This document shows positions 29,602 to 39,854 of a stretch of 64,000 nucleotides of DNA, piece by piece. The first letter of the stretch is position 1. The number at the start of each line of letters is the position of its first letter. Origin of the DNA: Parcubacteria group bacterium (lineage in GTDB: Bacteria; Patescibacteriota; Minisyncoccia; Phycocordibacterales; Phycocordibacteraceae). Below the pieces are notes generated by a model. The model saw only the letters and a list, made by a program, of their open reading frames with translations, did no database searches and had not been told where the DNA came from. The translations under genes and the position numbers were made by a program. The DNA lies in assembly GCA_028286615.1 (NCBI GenBank), contig JAQBRG010000004.1, positions 111,867 to 175,866 of the forward strand. Reading direction: 5' to 3'.

Positions 29602-31338
29602 ATGTTCTCTTTGCATGATCCTATTGATGACGAAGTACGCAAGGCTTTCGCTGCCTACGATGACTTTACTGCAGCACTCCTTTCAAGAAGGGGTATAAAA
29701 ACTAAAGAAGAAGCAGAAGCCTTTCTTTCTCCTTCCTATGACGAGCATATCCATGACCCTATGCTTATTACTGACATGCCTAAGGCCGCAGCACGTGTAG
29801 CGGCAGCGATTAATTCAGGAGAGCGGATAACGGTGTGGAGCGATTATGACTGTGACGGTATTCCAGGAGGCGTTATATTGCATGACTTCCTTAAGAAAGC
29901 AGGGGCCAATTTCACAAACTATATTCCGCACCGCCACCTTGAAGGATACGGAGTTAATACTGACGGCATAGAGAAGCTCGCGAAAGAGGGAACGAAGCTC
30001 GTTATTACCGTTGACTCAGGTATTACCGATAACGAAGCAGTTGCACGAGCTTCTGAACTTGGCATGGACGTTATTGTTACTGACCATCACTTGCCTGGGA
30101 AAGAACTTCCTCCTGCGTTTGCGGTAGTTGATCCTAATGCGCGCGTGGATGAGACCTATCCCTTCCGCGAACTATGTGGCGCCGCTCTCGCATGGAAACT
30201 CGTATGCGCAACACTCGCACAAGGATTTAATGGAAGAGAAAAGATTCCTGTTGGATGGGAGAAGTGGCTGCTCGATATGGCAGGCCTCGCAACCATTGCA
30301 GACATGGTCCCGCTCTCGGGAGAGAACCGAGTTATAGCAAAGTACGGACTCTACGTTATGCGTAAGTCTCCACGTATTGGTCTACAGAAACTCTGTAAGG
30401 CAGCTCGCGTTAATCAAAGATTTATTGATGAAGGTGATGTTGGTTTTATGATTGCGCCACGCGTGAATGCTGCATCTCGTATGGGAGACCCGCGCGAAGC
30501 ATTCAGACTTTTTACAACAGAAGACGAGAGTGAAGCAGAAACTTTAGCCAAGGGTCTTGAGTCTTTGAATCGAACACGTCGCGCAACCGCAGGAGCCATC
30601 ACTCGTGCAGTACATGAAAAGATAGAAGCGCGATTGCTTGAAGGAAAAGAATTAGGAACCGTTATCGCTCTTGGCGATCCTGATTGGCGCCCGGGACTTC
30701 TCGGACTTGTTGCAAGCGGCATTGCAGACGAATACGAGCGTCCAGTATTTTTGTGGGGAAGAGAAGGGAACGACACGCTCAAAGGTTCGTGTAGAAGCGG
30801 CCCAGGAAAAGTTAGCGTGAATGCAATTATGATTGCAGCGAAAGATACGTTTATCGAATTCGGAGGACATGCAGTTTCCGGAGGATTCTCTATTGCTCCC
30901 AATGCAGTGTTCGATCTTGAAGACAGACTCGTAGCGGCACTCGCATCCATGCCTGCAGGGGAATTAATTGAAATACCACGCGCAGATGGAGAGCTCACAC
31001 CCGAGCAGGCAACATCAAAACTTCTTTCAAGTCTTGAGAGGTTCGCTCCCTACGGCATGAAGAACGAGAAACCAAAGTTCGCTTTTCCAAATGTGCTTTT
31101 GCAGGAAGTGTCTTGGTTTGGAAAAGCCGGCGAACATCTCCGCATAAAAATACTTCGCGGAGACGAGCAGTTTCCAGACGTACCTCTCGAGGCAATCTGC
31201 TTTTATGCAAAACGCGAGCTTGGAAACATCTCTACCAAAATTGAACCAGGGGAGCGCAGACATGTGATGGCATTCCTTGAGAAGGACCAGTTCTCCCGAG
31301 GACAGCCAATTCGGTTGCGACTCATCGCCATTTCTTAA
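29602..31338 (+). CDS. recJ: ssDNA exonuclease RecJ
   Basis: SDYDCDG, ITVDSG, TDHH, IAPRVNAASRMG, FGGHA. Confidence 0.95.
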   Translation: MFSLHDPIDDEVRKAFAAYDDFTAALLSRRGIKTKEEAEAFLSPSYDEHIHDPMLITDMPKAAARVAAAINSGERITVWSDYDCDGIPGGVILHDFLKKAGANFTNYIPHRHLEGYGVNTDGIEKLAKEGTKLVITVDSGITDNEAVARASELGMDVIVTDHHLPGKELPPAFAVVDPNARVDETYPFRELCGAALAWKLVCATLAQGFNGREKIPVGWEKWLLDMAGLATIADMVPLSGENRVIAKYGLYVMRKSPRIGLQKLCKAARVNQRFIDEGDVGFMIAPRVNAASRMGDPREAFRLFTTEDESEAETLAKGLESLNRTRRATAGAITRAVHEKIEARLLEGKELGTVIALGDPDWRPGLLGLVASGIADEYERPVFLWGREGNDTLKGSCRSGPGKVSVNAIMIAAKDTFIEFGGHAVSGGFSIAPNAVFDLEDRLVAALASMPAGELIEIPRADGELTPEQATSKLLSSLERFAPYGMKNEKPKFAFPNVLLQEVSWFGKAGEHLRIKILRGDEQFPDVPLEAICFYAKRELGNISTKIEPGERRHVMAFLEKDQFSRGQPIRLRLIAIS

Positions 31339-31357
31339 GTTGGTATACTGAACCTAT

Positions 31358-31774
31358 ATGCATTTCACTATTTACGCGGACGGAGGAGCCAGAGGCAATC
31401 CGGGTCCCGCTGGAGCTGGAGCTGTTGTGCGAGACGAACAAGGCAAAACCATATCCGAAGTCTCGGAGTTTTTAGGACACGCAACCAACAATGTCGCAGA
31501 GTACACGGCGATAGTACGTGCGCTCGAGCAGCTAACAGACATTCTTAAGGACAAAGCAGGCGAAGCATCCGTAACCATCAATATGGATAGCATGCTCGTG
31601 GTTAAGCAGATGACAGGAGAATGGAAGCTCAAGCATCCAGGACTAAAACCACTCGCAGCGAGAGTTAAAGAGATGTGTGCCCTGTTTCACACGGTGACTT
31701 TCAACCACGTATATAGAGAGAAGAATAAGGATGCAGACGCGCTTGCTAACAGAGCAATGGATCTAGGCCGCTGA
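31358..31774 (+). CDS. rnhA: Ribonuclease HI
   Basis: DGGARGNPGPAGAG, TNNVAEY, DSMLVV, NKDADALAN. Confidence 0.93.
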   Translation: MHFTIYADGGARGNPGPAGAGAVVRDEQGKTISEVSEFLGHATNNVAEYTAIVRALEQLTDILKDKAGEASVTINMDSMLVVKQMTGEWKLKHPGLKPLAARVKEMCALFHTVTFNHVYREKNKDADALANRAMDLGR

Positions 31775-31824
31775 TCTTATCAAAAAGTCATAATTATTTT
31801 ATCTCAGTGTGTTAACTTCTGCGG

Positions 31825-33318
31825 ATGCCAGGATACGGGCTCTCTGCAGCTCTCGGATTTACAGTCGGTGTAGGTCTTGGAACGTTTAGTGCGCTGTCTT
31901 GGCCGACATTACTATTCTTTGGCTTGCTTTCGCTACTGATTTTGGGCAGTGGTGTGTGGCCGGTGCGAAGAAACACCTGTATCGCCGTAGGCATATTTTT
32001 GCTCATGGTGGTACTAGGCGTTTGCCGTTTCATGGAAAGCGAACAGAGGAAAGTAGCCTCTGTGATGATAGTTCCGAGGTTCGGTGTTTCACAAGAAGGA
32101 AAGATCGTAGCGGACCCTGATATACGAGAGAGTTCGCAGCGCGTAACGGTTGAGATTGAAATAGAAGGAAAGAAGACACGAATTCTTGCCGTTACCCCTC
32201 TGTACCCTCAGCTTTCTTTCGGACAAAGAGTTCTTGTCTCTGGGACTCCTGAACTACCTAAACCCTTTGAGACAGATGGGGGACGAACATTCAGGTACGA
32301 CAAGTTTCTTGAGAAGGATGGCATCTTTGCCATCGTGCAGAAAGCGAATGTTAAAGTTCTCGGTCCTCCTGAAGGGCTGTTTGCTCAACTGCTTTCCTAC
32401 CTCTATCTTGGAAAACACATCTTTACGGATGCCCTTGGAGCGGCGCTTCCGGAACCCGAGTCCAGCCTCGCTGTTGGAATTCTCACAGGAGGAAAGCAGG
32501 GACTAGGAAAAGAATTGCTTGAAGCGTTTACGATTGCCGGACTCCTGCCTGTTGTTGTCTTGTCTGGATACAACGTGATGATTGTGGTTGAGGCAGTGCT
32601 GCGAATATTTTCTTTTCTGCCAAAGCGGATTTCCATTGTTGTGGCTGCGATAACCATTACGCTTTTCGTACTTGTTGCGGGTGCCGGGTCTTCAGCAGTC
32701 CGTGCAGGGTTCATGGCTGGACTCGGATTACTCGCACGATTTACTGACCGAACATACGATGTGCTGCGTGCGCTCATTATCGTACTTGTGGTGATGCTGA
32801 TAATTAATCCACTCTACCTTGTGTATGATCCTGGGTTTCAATTCTCATTCGCTGCAACACTCGGTCTTGTTCTCGGCTCGCCACTCGTACTAGAGAGACT
32901 CTCCTGGATCAAGGGAAGATTCTTACGAGAGATTCTTGCTTCAACAATTGCAGCTCAAGTATTTGTGCTCCCGCTTCTTCTGTACCAAACAGGAAATCTT
33001 TCTCTGGTCTCGCTTCCTGCAAATGTTCTTGTGCTTCCGGTTGTGCCGCTTGCGATGCTTTTCTCTGCGATAGCAGGAGTGTGCACTTTAGTGTTTCCCG
33101 CACTCGGACCCTTGATCGCTTTTCCTGCGTACACGCTTCTATGGTTCGTTATTGCTGTCGCAGAGAATATTGCACGACTCCCGTTTGCAGATGTTGTTAT
33201 TCCAATCTTTCCGTTTTGGGTTGTGGGTCTTTCGTACGTGGTTTTGTTTTGGATAGGAAAGAGAATAAAAAAGAACCAGTGGGATGACCCACTGGTTCAG
33301 ACTTCGAACAAGGACTAG
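31825..33318 (+). CDS. comEC: ComEC competence membrane channel (OB + Competence domains)
   Basis: VVLSGYNV, SAVRAGFMA, DPGFQFSFAAT; multi-TM. Confidence 0.9.
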   Translation: MPGYGLSAALGFTVGVGLGTFSALSWPTLLFFGLLSLLILGSGVWPVRRNTCIAVGIFLLMVVLGVCRFMESEQRKVASVMIVPRFGVSQEGKIVADPDIRESSQRVTVEIEIEGKKTRILAVTPLYPQLSFGQRVLVSGTPELPKPFETDGGRTFRYDKFLEKDGIFAIVQKANVKVLGPPEGLFAQLLSYLYLGKHIFTDALGAALPEPESSLAVGILTGGKQGLGKELLEAFTIAGLLPVVVLSGYNVMIVVEAVLRIFSFLPKRISIVVAAITITLFVLVAGAGSSAVRAGFMAGLGLLARFTDRTYDVLRALIIVLVVMLIINPLYLVYDPGFQFSFAATLGLVLGSPLVLERLSWIKGRFLREILASTIAAQVFVLPLLLYQTGNLSLVSLPANVLVLPVVPLAMLFSAIAGVCTLVFPALGPLIAFPAYTLLWFVIAVAENIARLPFADVVIPIFPFWVVGLSYVVLFWIGKRIKKNQWDDPLVQTSNKD

Positions 33319-33971
33319 GTTAGTGTTATTTGCAGCTTGAGAAAACTTTCACCTCGTCTTGTTCTGTATATGCTCGCTATCTTCTTAAACAGCTCGAAGT
33401 TTCCAACGGCCGGAGGATCGAGGACGTATGCTTCGAGCTTATCGATGTCTTCTTGCCGGACCAGCAAAACTTTCAGAATCCTGGTCCGCTTATCGTCAGA
33501 AAGGTCACGGATCAAACAGATTTGGTAACGGGTTTCGGTGTAGGGAAGTCCTGCGGCCCTTTTTGCTTCGTGCGTAGCAAAGGACGAAGCGATCCTGTCT
33601 CGTATTGGCCCCAGAAATATTTCTGTGTGCTTGCCGAAACTCAAGACGGGTTTGTCTGGTCTAGCCAAAATAGACTTCAGGACAACCGACACAAAGAGAA
33701 AACGGTTTTTCAGGTAGATGTCCCGGATAGAGAGCGTCGGTCCGAACACACGGCTCTGGCAAGCATCGGATTTCCCTTTCCAGATTAGCCCTCTTTGCTT
33801 TCGGTTGTGGTCGTTACGGGTAAAGTACATTCCCGCAATCTTGATATTCGTGAAGTCTTGCCGGGTTAGGGCAAGGTAGATATCGAGCGCATGATACAAC
33901 GCGTACGCGATCAACCCGACAATAATGGCGGCGAGGATCTTCACGAAGACCGAATCAAACAACCCTGTCAT
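33315..33971 (-). CDS. Hypothetical single-TM protein (SD-led cassette)
   Basis: AGGAGGT before ATG 33971; TTGACG upstream; N-term TM. Confidence 0.65.
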   Translation of the reverse strand: MTGLFDSVFVKILAAIIVGLIAYALYHALDIYLALTRQDFTNIKIAGMYFTRNDHNRKQRGLIWKGKSDACQSRVFGPTLSIRDIYLKNRFLFVSVVLKSILARPDKPVLSFGKHTEIFLGPIRDRIASSFATHEAKRAAGLPYTETRYQICLIRDLSDDKRTRILKVLLVRQEDIDKLEAYVLDPPAVGNFELFKKIASIYRTRRGESFLKLQITLT

Positions 33972-34136
33972 GTCCCACCTCCTCTTCAAGGTTCAATTTC
34001 TCCATATGGAGTCGGGGTCACATTAGAACTAATCCAGGAAAGCGTCAATTTTGCATAGTAATTTAGGAATTGAGTAGCAAAGAGAAACTCCCGCGCTAAG
34101 CGGGAGCCTCTTTAATTCGATCTAATAGTTGGAAGA

Positions 34137-34718
34137 CTATACGAACCGCTTCTCAACCGCAGTCCAATTCAAGTTATCTAGGAATGCTTCAACGTAGGTC
34201 TTCTTCTCTGCAGGAACGTAATCAACCATGTAGGCATGTTCCCAAAGGTCTATCGCAAGGATGATAGGAAGGCCAGCGAGCTGTCCTATCTCGTGATCGT
34301 TCACGAATGCAGTGTGAAGCGTGTCTGCAACCGCATCGAAGTAGGTAACAACCCAACCAATACCGCGAGTGCCGGCTACTTCTTTAAGATGAGCGATAAA
34401 CGCGTCCCAGCTGCCATACTTCTTAATTGCAGCTCGTACAAGCGCTCCATCTGCCGCAGGAGCCACTGCGCCGTCCTCAAGCTGAGAGAAGTAGTATTCG
34501 TGCATGCGCATGCCGTCAAACTCAAATCCGAGGCGTCGGCGAAGCTCGTTCATAGTGAAAGCGTTTCCTTCAGCGTCTTCTTCACGAAGCTTGGCAATCT
34601 TCTCAAGGATGAGGTTTACGTGCTTTACATAGCCTTCGTAAAGAGCGAGATGGACTTCTATCTGCTTGGCTGAGATTCCCTTAAGTTCAGGAAGGTTAAA
34701 TTTCTGTGCGGTGTACAT
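34137..34718 (-). CDS. Fe/Mn superoxide dismutase family protein
   Basis: HLALYEGYV, HEYYF, DLWEHAYMVDY. Confidence 0.9.
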   Translation of the reverse strand: MYTAQKFNLPELKGISAKQIEVHLALYEGYVKHVNLILEKIAKLREEDAEGNAFTMNELRRRLGFEFDGMRMHEYYFSQLEDGAVAPAADGALVRAAIKKYGSWDAFIAHLKEVAGTRGIGWVVTYFDAVADTLHTAFVNDHEIGQLAGLPIILAIDLWEHAYMVDYVPAEKKTYVEAFLDNLNWTAVEKRFV

Positions 34719-34756
34719 ATATGTCTTAGTTATCAGTGGCAAAAGTATACCTTTTC

Positions 34757-35215
34757 CTATATATTCTGGTGTTTTGAGTATAAATCGAGCACATCGTCTA
34801 CAGATTCTGAACGATTGAGGCTCTTGATCTCTTCAAGCGTAAACCAGCCGGCCTTGTCCACATTCTTAGTGTCTATCTTGTATTCAGGAGAATTAACTTG
34901 GGCGTGGAAAGCACACACCACATCCTTCTTGTACTGGCGGGTATGAAAATAGTTACCAATCGAGACCAGTTCTGCAGGGGCTACGGTTAGATCTCGTCTA
35001 ACTCGACGCCAGGCTGTTTCTTCTGGTGTTTCGTTACGCTTCTTGCGGCCTCCAGGAAGCGTCCAGTATTTAATACCGTATGTCTTGGTTATAAGGAGGA
35101 ATCGGTTTTCGTACTGAATAAGAAGCTTGGCGCTTTCGGCACGGGGCTCAGTTAGACGCCAAAAAGCGAGCTCCAAGGGACCTTTCATACGATTCCTGAG
35201 TCGTTTTAGAAACAT
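34757..35215 (-). CDS. NUDIX-family hydrolase (degenerate Nudix box)
   Basis: WTLPGGRKKRNETPEETAWRRVRRD (lacks canonical RE..EE); TACACT 7 nt before ATG. Confidence 0.7.
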   Translation of the reverse strand: MFLKRLRNRMKGPLELAFWRLTEPRAESAKLLIQYENRFLLITKTYGIKYWTLPGGRKKRNETPEETAWRRVRRDLTVAPAELVSIGNYFHTRQYKKDVVCAFHAQVNSPEYKIDTKNVDKAGWFTLEEIKSLNRSESVDDVLDLYSKHQNI

Positions 35216-35266
35216 TTTATATAGTGTACACGAAATTTTGAGGAATATCCGTATATACTCCCTCTT

Positions 35267-36142
35267 GTGAACATCTCTATTTCTCGTAGTCCTTGGATAG
35301 GAATTCTTGCCGTTACGCTCTTGGTTGGAGTAAATATTGCTGTTGCGGCTCTGGTTATCCATCCAGACAGCCCAAATTTGAAGGTCTCATTCTTAAATGT
35401 AGGGCAAGGAGACTCTATTTTGATACAAAGCCCTTCGGGTACGGATTTATTAATAGATGGAGGGCCGGATCGTGCAGTATTGCGAGAGCTTGGAAAGAAG
35501 CTGGGGCTATTTGATAGAAGTATCGATATGGTTGTTGAGACACATCCGGACAAAGACCATATCGCGGGACTTTCGGACGTCCTGGCACGCTACAAAGTGT
35601 CTACATTCATGAGCCCGAACGTTAAAAACGATACGGCAACCTTCGCTCGTCTTACAGATGCTGTGGCAAAGGAGCCGGGACTTACGAACATAATAGCCAA
35701 AAGAGGCATGCGCATTCATCTCGGAGACGGCGCGTACGCAGACGTGCTCTATCCAGACCACGACGTATCTGCCTTAACGGAGACCAATGACGGCTCAATC
35801 GTGCTCCACGTTGTCTATGGAGCAACATCTTTCATGCTAACGGGAGACCTGCCTTCAACGCTTGAAGACAAGATAATTACGTACGACAACAATGACGGGG
35901 TACTAAAGAGCCAGGTGCTCAAAGCCGGACATCATGGGTCTAAGACTTCAACGGACGCTGCGTGGCTCGCGGTAGTTGACCCGGACACGGTTGTTATTTC
36001 AGCAGGGAGGGACAATACATACGGACACCCAGCTCCTGACACGCTCGATAGGATACGTGCTTCAGGTGCCAGTATCCTCTCAACTATAGATAGCGGAACT
36101 ATCACATTCGTGAGTGATGGAAAGATTGTGAGGGAGGAGTAA
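35267..36142 (+). CDS. ComEC-type metallo-beta-lactamase-fold nuclease (stand-alone)
   Basis: VGQGDSI, THPDKDHIAG, LTGDL, KAGHHGSKTS, NTYGHP. Confidence 0.9.
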   Translation: MNISISRSPWIGILAVTLLVGVNIAVAALVIHPDSPNLKVSFLNVGQGDSILIQSPSGTDLLIDGGPDRAVLRELGKKLGLFDRSIDMVVETHPDKDHIAGLSDVLARYKVSTFMSPNVKNDTATFARLTDAVAKEPGLTNIIAKRGMRIHLGDGAYADVLYPDHDVSALTETNDGSIVLHVVYGATSFMLTGDLPSTLEDKIITYDNNDGVLKSQVLKAGHHGSKTSTDAAWLAVVDPDTVVISAGRDNTYGHPAPDTLDRIRASGASILSTIDSGTITFVSDGKIVREE

Positions 36143-36216
36143 GTCCAGCCGCCTCGACATTTCAAGTAAATTATTTTATAGTCCGATTTAAGTAACCAAT
36201 CAAATAGGAGGTTTAC

Positions 36217-36819
36217 GTGTTCTTTTCTCTCAGCTCTAGCAATAGTGGCCTGCCCCTACTGGTCCACTGCGAATGGGACGCTCATAATACATCCTGCGAT
36301 CTCTTCTTTTGCTGCTCGCAAGAGCAACTCCGGGAACTGCTCGCTTCGGGCAGTCTGCATGAAGGCATTGTCGAACTCCAGACTGCCTTGAACGAGCTGC
36401 CGCCGACTTCTGAAGAACCTGCAATTCATTTGACCGGCGATGTTGCTGCCTCAACGGGCGCGTCAATCGTCGCTCTCGTAAATAACGGCGTGGAGATCCA
36501 TACACTGACCAGCAATTCAGAACTGAGTGGTTTCTGGCAACCCTCGCCCGATCGTCCTGCTGGCTCAGGCATATTGATTTGGGTCGACATGGAGACGAAG
36601 TATCACGTCGCCATCGCGCACTCCAAGGAGCAAGCCTGCTCAGTTGTTCGTGGGTTAGCGGACTGGATGGACCATGCTCGAATTCAACAGCTTTTGAACA
36701 AGATCAGTTTGTGGAATGCTCCGGATACGTCTGAAGATCCAGCGCTTCTGATTCAAGGTAAAGTTGCCGAGCTCATGCACTGGGGCTCAATGTTCGGTAA
36801 AATAGCGCAGGTGCTTTGA
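36217..36819 (+). CDS. Hypothetical protein with internal duplication (SD-led cassette)
   Basis: AGGAGGT before GTG; two similar halves; terminator about 36836-36870. Confidence 0.65.
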   Translation: MFFSLSSSNSGLPLLVHCEWDAHNTSCDLFFCCSQEQLRELLASGSLHEGIVELQTALNELPPTSEEPAIHLTGDVAASTGASIVALVNNGVEIHTLTSNSELSGFWQPSPDRPAGSGILIWVDMETKYHVAIAHSKEQACSVVRGLADWMDHARIQQLLNKISLWNAPDTSEDPALLIQGKVAELMHWGSMFGKIAQVL

Positions 36820-36935
36820 CAAATATTGACTGAGATCGATCCCGGGAAGCTTAGGCTGCCCGGGATTTTTCTGTAATTCCAGACAGATAATGCACAAAAA
36901 AGAAACCTCGGCCGGAGCACGAGGCTCCTCCGAGG

Positions 36936-37268
36936 TTAAAAGGGATTGTCTGGAGCATTAATGCGTACTCCGATTTCGCGAAACCGCATCTTCATGCGTA
37001 CCCTGGTATGGGTAAATCCGTTTTCGATAACAAGATGATTCATGCGCGATGCCGCCGCTTCCTTCAGAGCTTTTGCGATTTCTCGAGCTTCTTTTTGGGG
37101 AGCCACTTTCTCGATAGTTACCAGCAGTTGATAGGCGGCGACAGCCTGGTCAGCCGACATGGACGTAATACTTCCAAACACCTTGTGAAGCTGACTCACC
37201 AGATTATCCGGGCTCAGGTCACGAAGCTCTTCGAAGGTGGCGGTAACAGCTGCAACTTCATTAGTCAT
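36936..37268 (-). CDS. Hypothetical protein (SD-led cassette)
   Basis: AAGGTG before ATG; 110 aa. Confidence 0.6.
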   Translation of the reverse strand: MTNEVAAVTATFEELRDLSPDNLVSQLHKVFGSITSMSADQAVAAYQLLVTIEKVAPQKEAREIAKALKEAAASRMNHLVIENGFTHTRVRMKMRFREIGVRINAPDNPF

Positions 37269-37403
37269 TGTTGTTCACCTTGTTTGGTTTTGGCCTAGAC
37301 AGACCCTAGCATGTGTTGCAAAAAGACTCCAGTATCGTCCCAGGAACACTAGCAAAAGAGCCTCCGAACGAGGCTCTTTTGCTTACTTTTCTTAGTCAGA
37401 TAT

Positions 37404-37646
37404 TTAAATAAGACCTGCCTTTTTGAGAGTGGCGAATGCGCCGTTCTTCTTAATGTGACGAAGTCCGTTTACTGAAATGTCGAGAAGGAAAGACTTGCCG
37501 AGTTCTGCAACGAAGATGTTGCGCTTGTGGAGATTAGCCTTACGACGAACCTTGCCAGTTGGGTTGAACTGGGTTGCACGGGTACGGTTAGAGTAGCGCC
37601 CACCGATTTGGGTGCTCTTTCCGGTTATGTCGCAGCTTCGTGCCAT
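37404..37646 (-). CDS. rpmB: 50S ribosomal protein L28
   Basis: MARSCDITGK..RRKANLHKR..ISVNGLRHIKKNG. Confidence 0.9.
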   Translation of the reverse strand: MARSCDITGKSTQIGGRYSNRTRATQFNPTGKVRRKANLHKRNIFVAELGKSFLLDISVNGLRHIKKNGAFATLKKAGLI

Positions 37647-37691
37647 AGTCCCCGCATGCTAGCATAGGGCCACGTACTTAGGCAAATCATT

Positions 37692-38321
37692 ATGGAAATC
37701 GCTATTTTCGGCATCGTAGTCCTCATCTTCTCCATCATCGTGCATGAGGTGGCTCATGGGTATGCAGCTAATGCTCTTGGAGACCCAACAGCCAAGCTTC
37801 AGGGCCGCCTAACGTTGAATCCATTGCCTCATATAGACCTGATTGGCTCTATTATCATTCCAGCGATACTTGTTCTTACGCACTCAGGGTTTCTTTTTGG
37901 TTGGGCTAAGCCTGTGCCCTATAATCCCTACAACCTTAAGAACAGGAGGTGGGGTGAGGCGATTGTTGGTGTGGCGGGCGTGGCAACGAACCTTATCATT
38001 GCTGTTGTCTTTGCGTTCGTAACGCGCTTTGCAGCAGAGGCTGGAAATGAAGCGTTTGCGAATCTTGCAGCCATCGTTACGCTCACGAATCTGTACTTGG
38101 GACTTTTCAACCTCGTACCAATTCCGCCACTCGACGGGTTTACGGTACTTCGCGGCATTCTTCCGTTCCGTGCCTCGCAATCTCTGGCTGCCTTTGAAGA
38201 GAAGCTTCAGGCAGGAGGTATTCTCACGCTTATAGTTATTCTCTTTTTGTTCTCACACTTCCTCGCCGCACCATTCAGTATCTTGGTTCAGAATATATTT
38301 GTGTTTCTTGTAGGCGTGTAA
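37692..38321 (+). CDS. Site-2 protease (M50)
   Basis: HEVAHG, GWAKPVP, FNLVPIPPLDG. Confidence 0.92.
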   Translation: MEIAIFGIVVLIFSIIVHEVAHGYAANALGDPTAKLQGRLTLNPLPHIDLIGSIIIPAILVLTHSGFLFGWAKPVPYNPYNLKNRRWGEAIVGVAGVATNLIIAVVFAFVTRFAAEAGNEAFANLAAIVTLTNLYLGLFNLVPIPPLDGFTVLRGILPFRASQSLAAFEEKLQAGGILTLIVILFLFSHFLAAPFSILVQNIFVFLVGV

Positions 38322-38330
38322 CTTACTTAC

Positions 38331-38723
38331 ATGAAAGACTTTGAAGAAAAGATCCGTAAACATCTCGAAGAACGCGCGTGGAATGAACTGCGTCCTTCAG
38401 ATCTCGCCAAATCAATAATTATTGAAGGAGCTGAACTGCTCGAACTCTTTCAATGGAATAATCCTGAATATACAGACGTTAAAGAAGATGCAGAGAAGAT
38501 GGCCCAGATTCGCAAAGAGCTCGCTGATGTAATGATCTATTGTTTTGATATGGCCGTTATTCTCGGTATAGATGTTGAAACTATGTTGAACGAAAAGTTA
38601 GCCAAGGTCGCGGAGAAATATCCTACACATTTGTTTAATAAAGAAACACGAGATAAGGAACCTGGCACTGAGGACGCGTATCTAAAGATAAAGGAGGAAT
38701 ATCGAAGAAAAGGGAAAAATTAA
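38331..38723 (+). CDS. MazG-like nucleotide pyrophosphohydrolase
   Basis: IEGAELLELFQW..ELADVMIY..EKYP. Confidence 0.88.
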   Translation: MKDFEEKIRKHLEERAWNELRPSDLAKSIIIEGAELLELFQWNNPEYTDVKEDAEKMAQIRKELADVMIYCFDMAVILGIDVETMLNEKLAKVAEKYPTHLFNKETRDKEPGTEDAYLKIKEEYRRKGKN

Positions 38724-38727
38724 ATGT

Positions 38728-39315
38728 ATGGAATCTACTCTCAAGTTCATGAGCCTGCTTCTAGATTTTCAGAAGATACGGCGCGCGTATCATGCGAACG
38801 GAGAAGAGAGGAACGAGAACGATGTAGAGCATAGCTACAAGCTCGCCATGTTGGCATGGTATGTAGCTTCAGCCGGGAATACAAAATTGAATATGGATTT
38901 AATTCTGCGCTACGCACTCGCACACGATTTGGTTGAGGTGCATGCAGGAGATACCTATATCTATTCTAAGGACACCGAACATTTAGCTTCAAAGATTGAA
39001 CGAGAAGAAGCAGCTGCACAAAAACTCAAAGAAGATTTCCCAGAGTTTCCGGAGTTGCACAAATGCATTCAGGCGTACGAGAGACGCGAGGATAAAGAGA
39101 GTAGATTCGTATACGCATTAGACAAGGTCCTCCCTGTGCTAGACATCTATTTAGACAACGGACGTTCTTGGAAGCGCGACATGGTTACACTCCAAATGCT
39201 TATAGAGAACAAGACCTCCAAGGTCGCCCTGTCTCCCGAAGTAGAACCGTATTTTACGGAGTTGCTAGAAATCCTTCGTTCAAAGGAAGGAAGTCTTTTT
39301 CCTAAAGATACATAA
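38728..39315 (+). CDS. HD-domain hydrolase (YfbR/HDDC2-like)
   Basis: ENDVEHSY, AHDLVEVHAGD, FVYALDK. Confidence 0.88.
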   Translation: MESTLKFMSLLLDFQKIRRAYHANGEERNENDVEHSYKLAMLAWYVASAGNTKLNMDLILRYALAHDLVEVHAGDTYIYSKDTEHLASKIEREEAAAQKLKEDFPEFPELHKCIQAYERREDKESRFVYALDKVLPVLDIYLDNGRSWKRDMVTLQMLIENKTSKVALSPEVEPYFTELLEILRSKEGSLFPKDT

Positions 39316-39377
39316 AAGAAAAAGCGACCCGTTTGTGACGAGTCGCTTCTCCCTATATAAGGAAGTGTTCGAAGAAC

Positions 39378-39854
39378 TTACTGCTCTTCGGGGTTTGCGT
39401 CCATGCCGGCTAGGGCGCGGATGAGGTCGAGGATCTTGTGACGGACTCGACCGCGCCTGATCTTCGGGAAGACCGTGGCGATCTCCAGGCCTTCGGCGGT
39501 CATCAGGAAATCGTGGACGGCGCGATCGTCGCTGGCGGGCGCGAGCTCGACGATGCCGAGCAGCGGATCGGCCAGACCTTCGAAGAAGTAGGAGATCGGG
39601 GCCTGGAGGGCCTGAGCGATCTGATACAGCTTGGAGGCGCTGACGCGGTTGGCGCCACGTTCGTACTTCTGGACCTGCTGGAACGTCAGCTCCAGAGCGT
39701 CGGCCAGGTGTTCCTGGCTGACGCCCAGGATTTTGCGGCGCATGCGGATGCGGGCGCCGACGTGCAGGTCGACCGGATTGGGCTGATGGCTGGCGTCATT
39801 CGCCGCGTGGGCTGCAGAGCCCATGGGCTTCCGGGCGTTGTTGGATGATGGCAC
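39378..39854 (-). CDS. XRE-family regulator, alphaproteobacterial PraR/PhrR type (GC-rich SD-led cassette)
   Basis: PNPVDLHVGARIRMRRKILGVSQE..LTFQQVQKYERGANRVSASKL..YFFEGL; AGGAGG before GTG; TTGACA promoter. Confidence 0.9.
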   Translation of the reverse strand: MPSSNNARKPMGSAAHAANDASHQPNPVDLHVGARIRMRRKILGVSQEHLADALELTFQQVQKYERGANRVSASKLYQIAQALQAPISYFFEGLADPLLGIVELAPASDDRAVHDFLMTAEGLEIATVFPKIRRGRVRHKILDLIRALAGMDANPEEQ

